Assembly (NCBI GenBank): GCA_044225365.1
Contig: JBGAIQ010000001.1
Coordinates: 288,001-352,000 of the forward strand
Length of the DNA: 64,000 nucleotides
Origin: Planctomycetota bacterium
GTDB lineage: Bacteria > Planctomycetota > B15-G4 > JADJEK01
Reading direction: 5' to 3'
Part shown: positions 63,440 to 64,000 of the stretch, piece after piece
Layout: every line of letters begins with the position of its first letter
Position numbering within the stretch: the first letter of the stretch is position 1
Position numbers and translations under genes: made by a program
The notes under the pieces: model-generated
Seen by the model: only the letters and a program-made list of their open reading frames with translations
What the model was told of the DNA's origin: nothing
The model's database searches: none

Positions 63440-64000
63440 GTGTGCGGGATCGCCGGGTTGTTCGAACATCGAGGGGCTGCGGTCCCGGATCCCAGCTCGC
63501 TCCGCGCGGTGGCGGATCGACTGGCGCATCGCGGGCCGGATGGCCGAGGCCAGTTCGTCGCTCCGGGGATCGGACTCGTCCATACCCGTCTCTCGTTGCT
63601 CGATCCCAATCCGCGCAGCAACCAGCCGTTTCCCGTTGCCTCGGGGACCGGCGACGCCCGCACGAGTGTCCTCGTCTACAACGGCGAGATCTACAACTTC
63701 CGTGAACTGCGCAAGGAGCTCGAAGGGCTGGGAGTGCACTTCCGGACGACGAGCGACACCGAAGTCCTCTTCGAGATGCTTTCGCGCTTCGGCGTGGCGA
63801 GCACTCTGCCGCGACTCGAGGGCATGTTCGCGTTCGCATACTACGACCCGGTTCGCGATACGCTGACGATCGCTCGCGATCGATTCGGCATCAAGCCGTT
63901 GTTCTTCATCGAGACGGCGGATCGCTTCGCGTTCGCATCGGAAGTCGCCGCGCTCGAACCCCTCTTGGTACGCGAGCCCGACCCGCTTGCGATCACGGCG
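63440..64000 (+). CDS. asnB: Asparagine synthase (glutamine-hydrolysing) family; 5' part, runs off the right edge
   Basis: Not in the ORF track. GTG 63440 after AGGAG gives MCGIAG...LAHRGPDG...HTRLSLLD...NQP...YNGEIYNF...SDTEV...GMFAFA...ARDRFGIKPLF. Confidence 0.92.
   Translation, partial: MCGIAGLFEHRGAAVPDPSSLRAVADRLAHRGPDGRGQFVAPGIGLVHTRLSLLDPNPRSNQPFPVASGTGDARTSVLVYNGEIYNFRELRKELEGLGVHFRTTSDTEVLFEMLSRFGVASTLPRLEGMFAFAYYDPVRDTLTIARDRFGIKPLFFIETADRFAFASEVAALEPLLVREPDPLAITA

Noticed and set aside
1-64000. Many long Arg/Ser-rich alternative-frame ORFs; rRNA, tRNA and IS elements
   Set aside because: The shadow ORFs are expected at this GC content and have no motifs. I recognised no structural RNA, transposase or integrase by eye; a covariance-model search was not possible.

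Overview
GC-rich bacterial DNA, most likely Planctomycetota, because it carries the DUF1549/DUF1553 + DUF1501 pair and secreted proteins with a planctomycete-type C-terminal module. About 45 kb (12.5-57.5 kb) is one flagellar island: fliK-flgD-flgE, flgM, an inserted RND efflux triplet, fliO-P-Q-R-flhB-flhA-flhF-(orf)-fliA plus three unknown genes, fliC-fliD-fliS, motA with two tandem motB-like genes, a GT2-TPR glycosyltransferase, three unknown membrane/TPR genes, a PAS kinase and sigma-54 regulator, then flgBC-fliEFGHIJ-motE/ylxF-like-fliL-fliM-fliN. The motor looks atypical. Both MotB copies have lost the GHTD peptidoglycan-binding motif, FliM lacks the CheY-binding peptide, FlhF has degenerate GTPase motifs with no flhG next to it, and uncharacterised TPR/STN proteins and lipoproteins sit inside the flagellar operons. 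flgF/G/A/H/I/J/K/L/N and che genes are not in the window. The left flank holds a pseudokinase-TM-caspase fusion, a partial S9-like peptidase, DUF1553, an in-frame DUF1501::acyltransferase-3 fusion, a CRTAC1/ASPIC-UnbV protein and a Cys-rich secreted protein. The right flank holds a phytase-like esterase, a metzincin and two asparagine-synthetase-family genes. All calls come from reading motifs by eye; no database searches were run.
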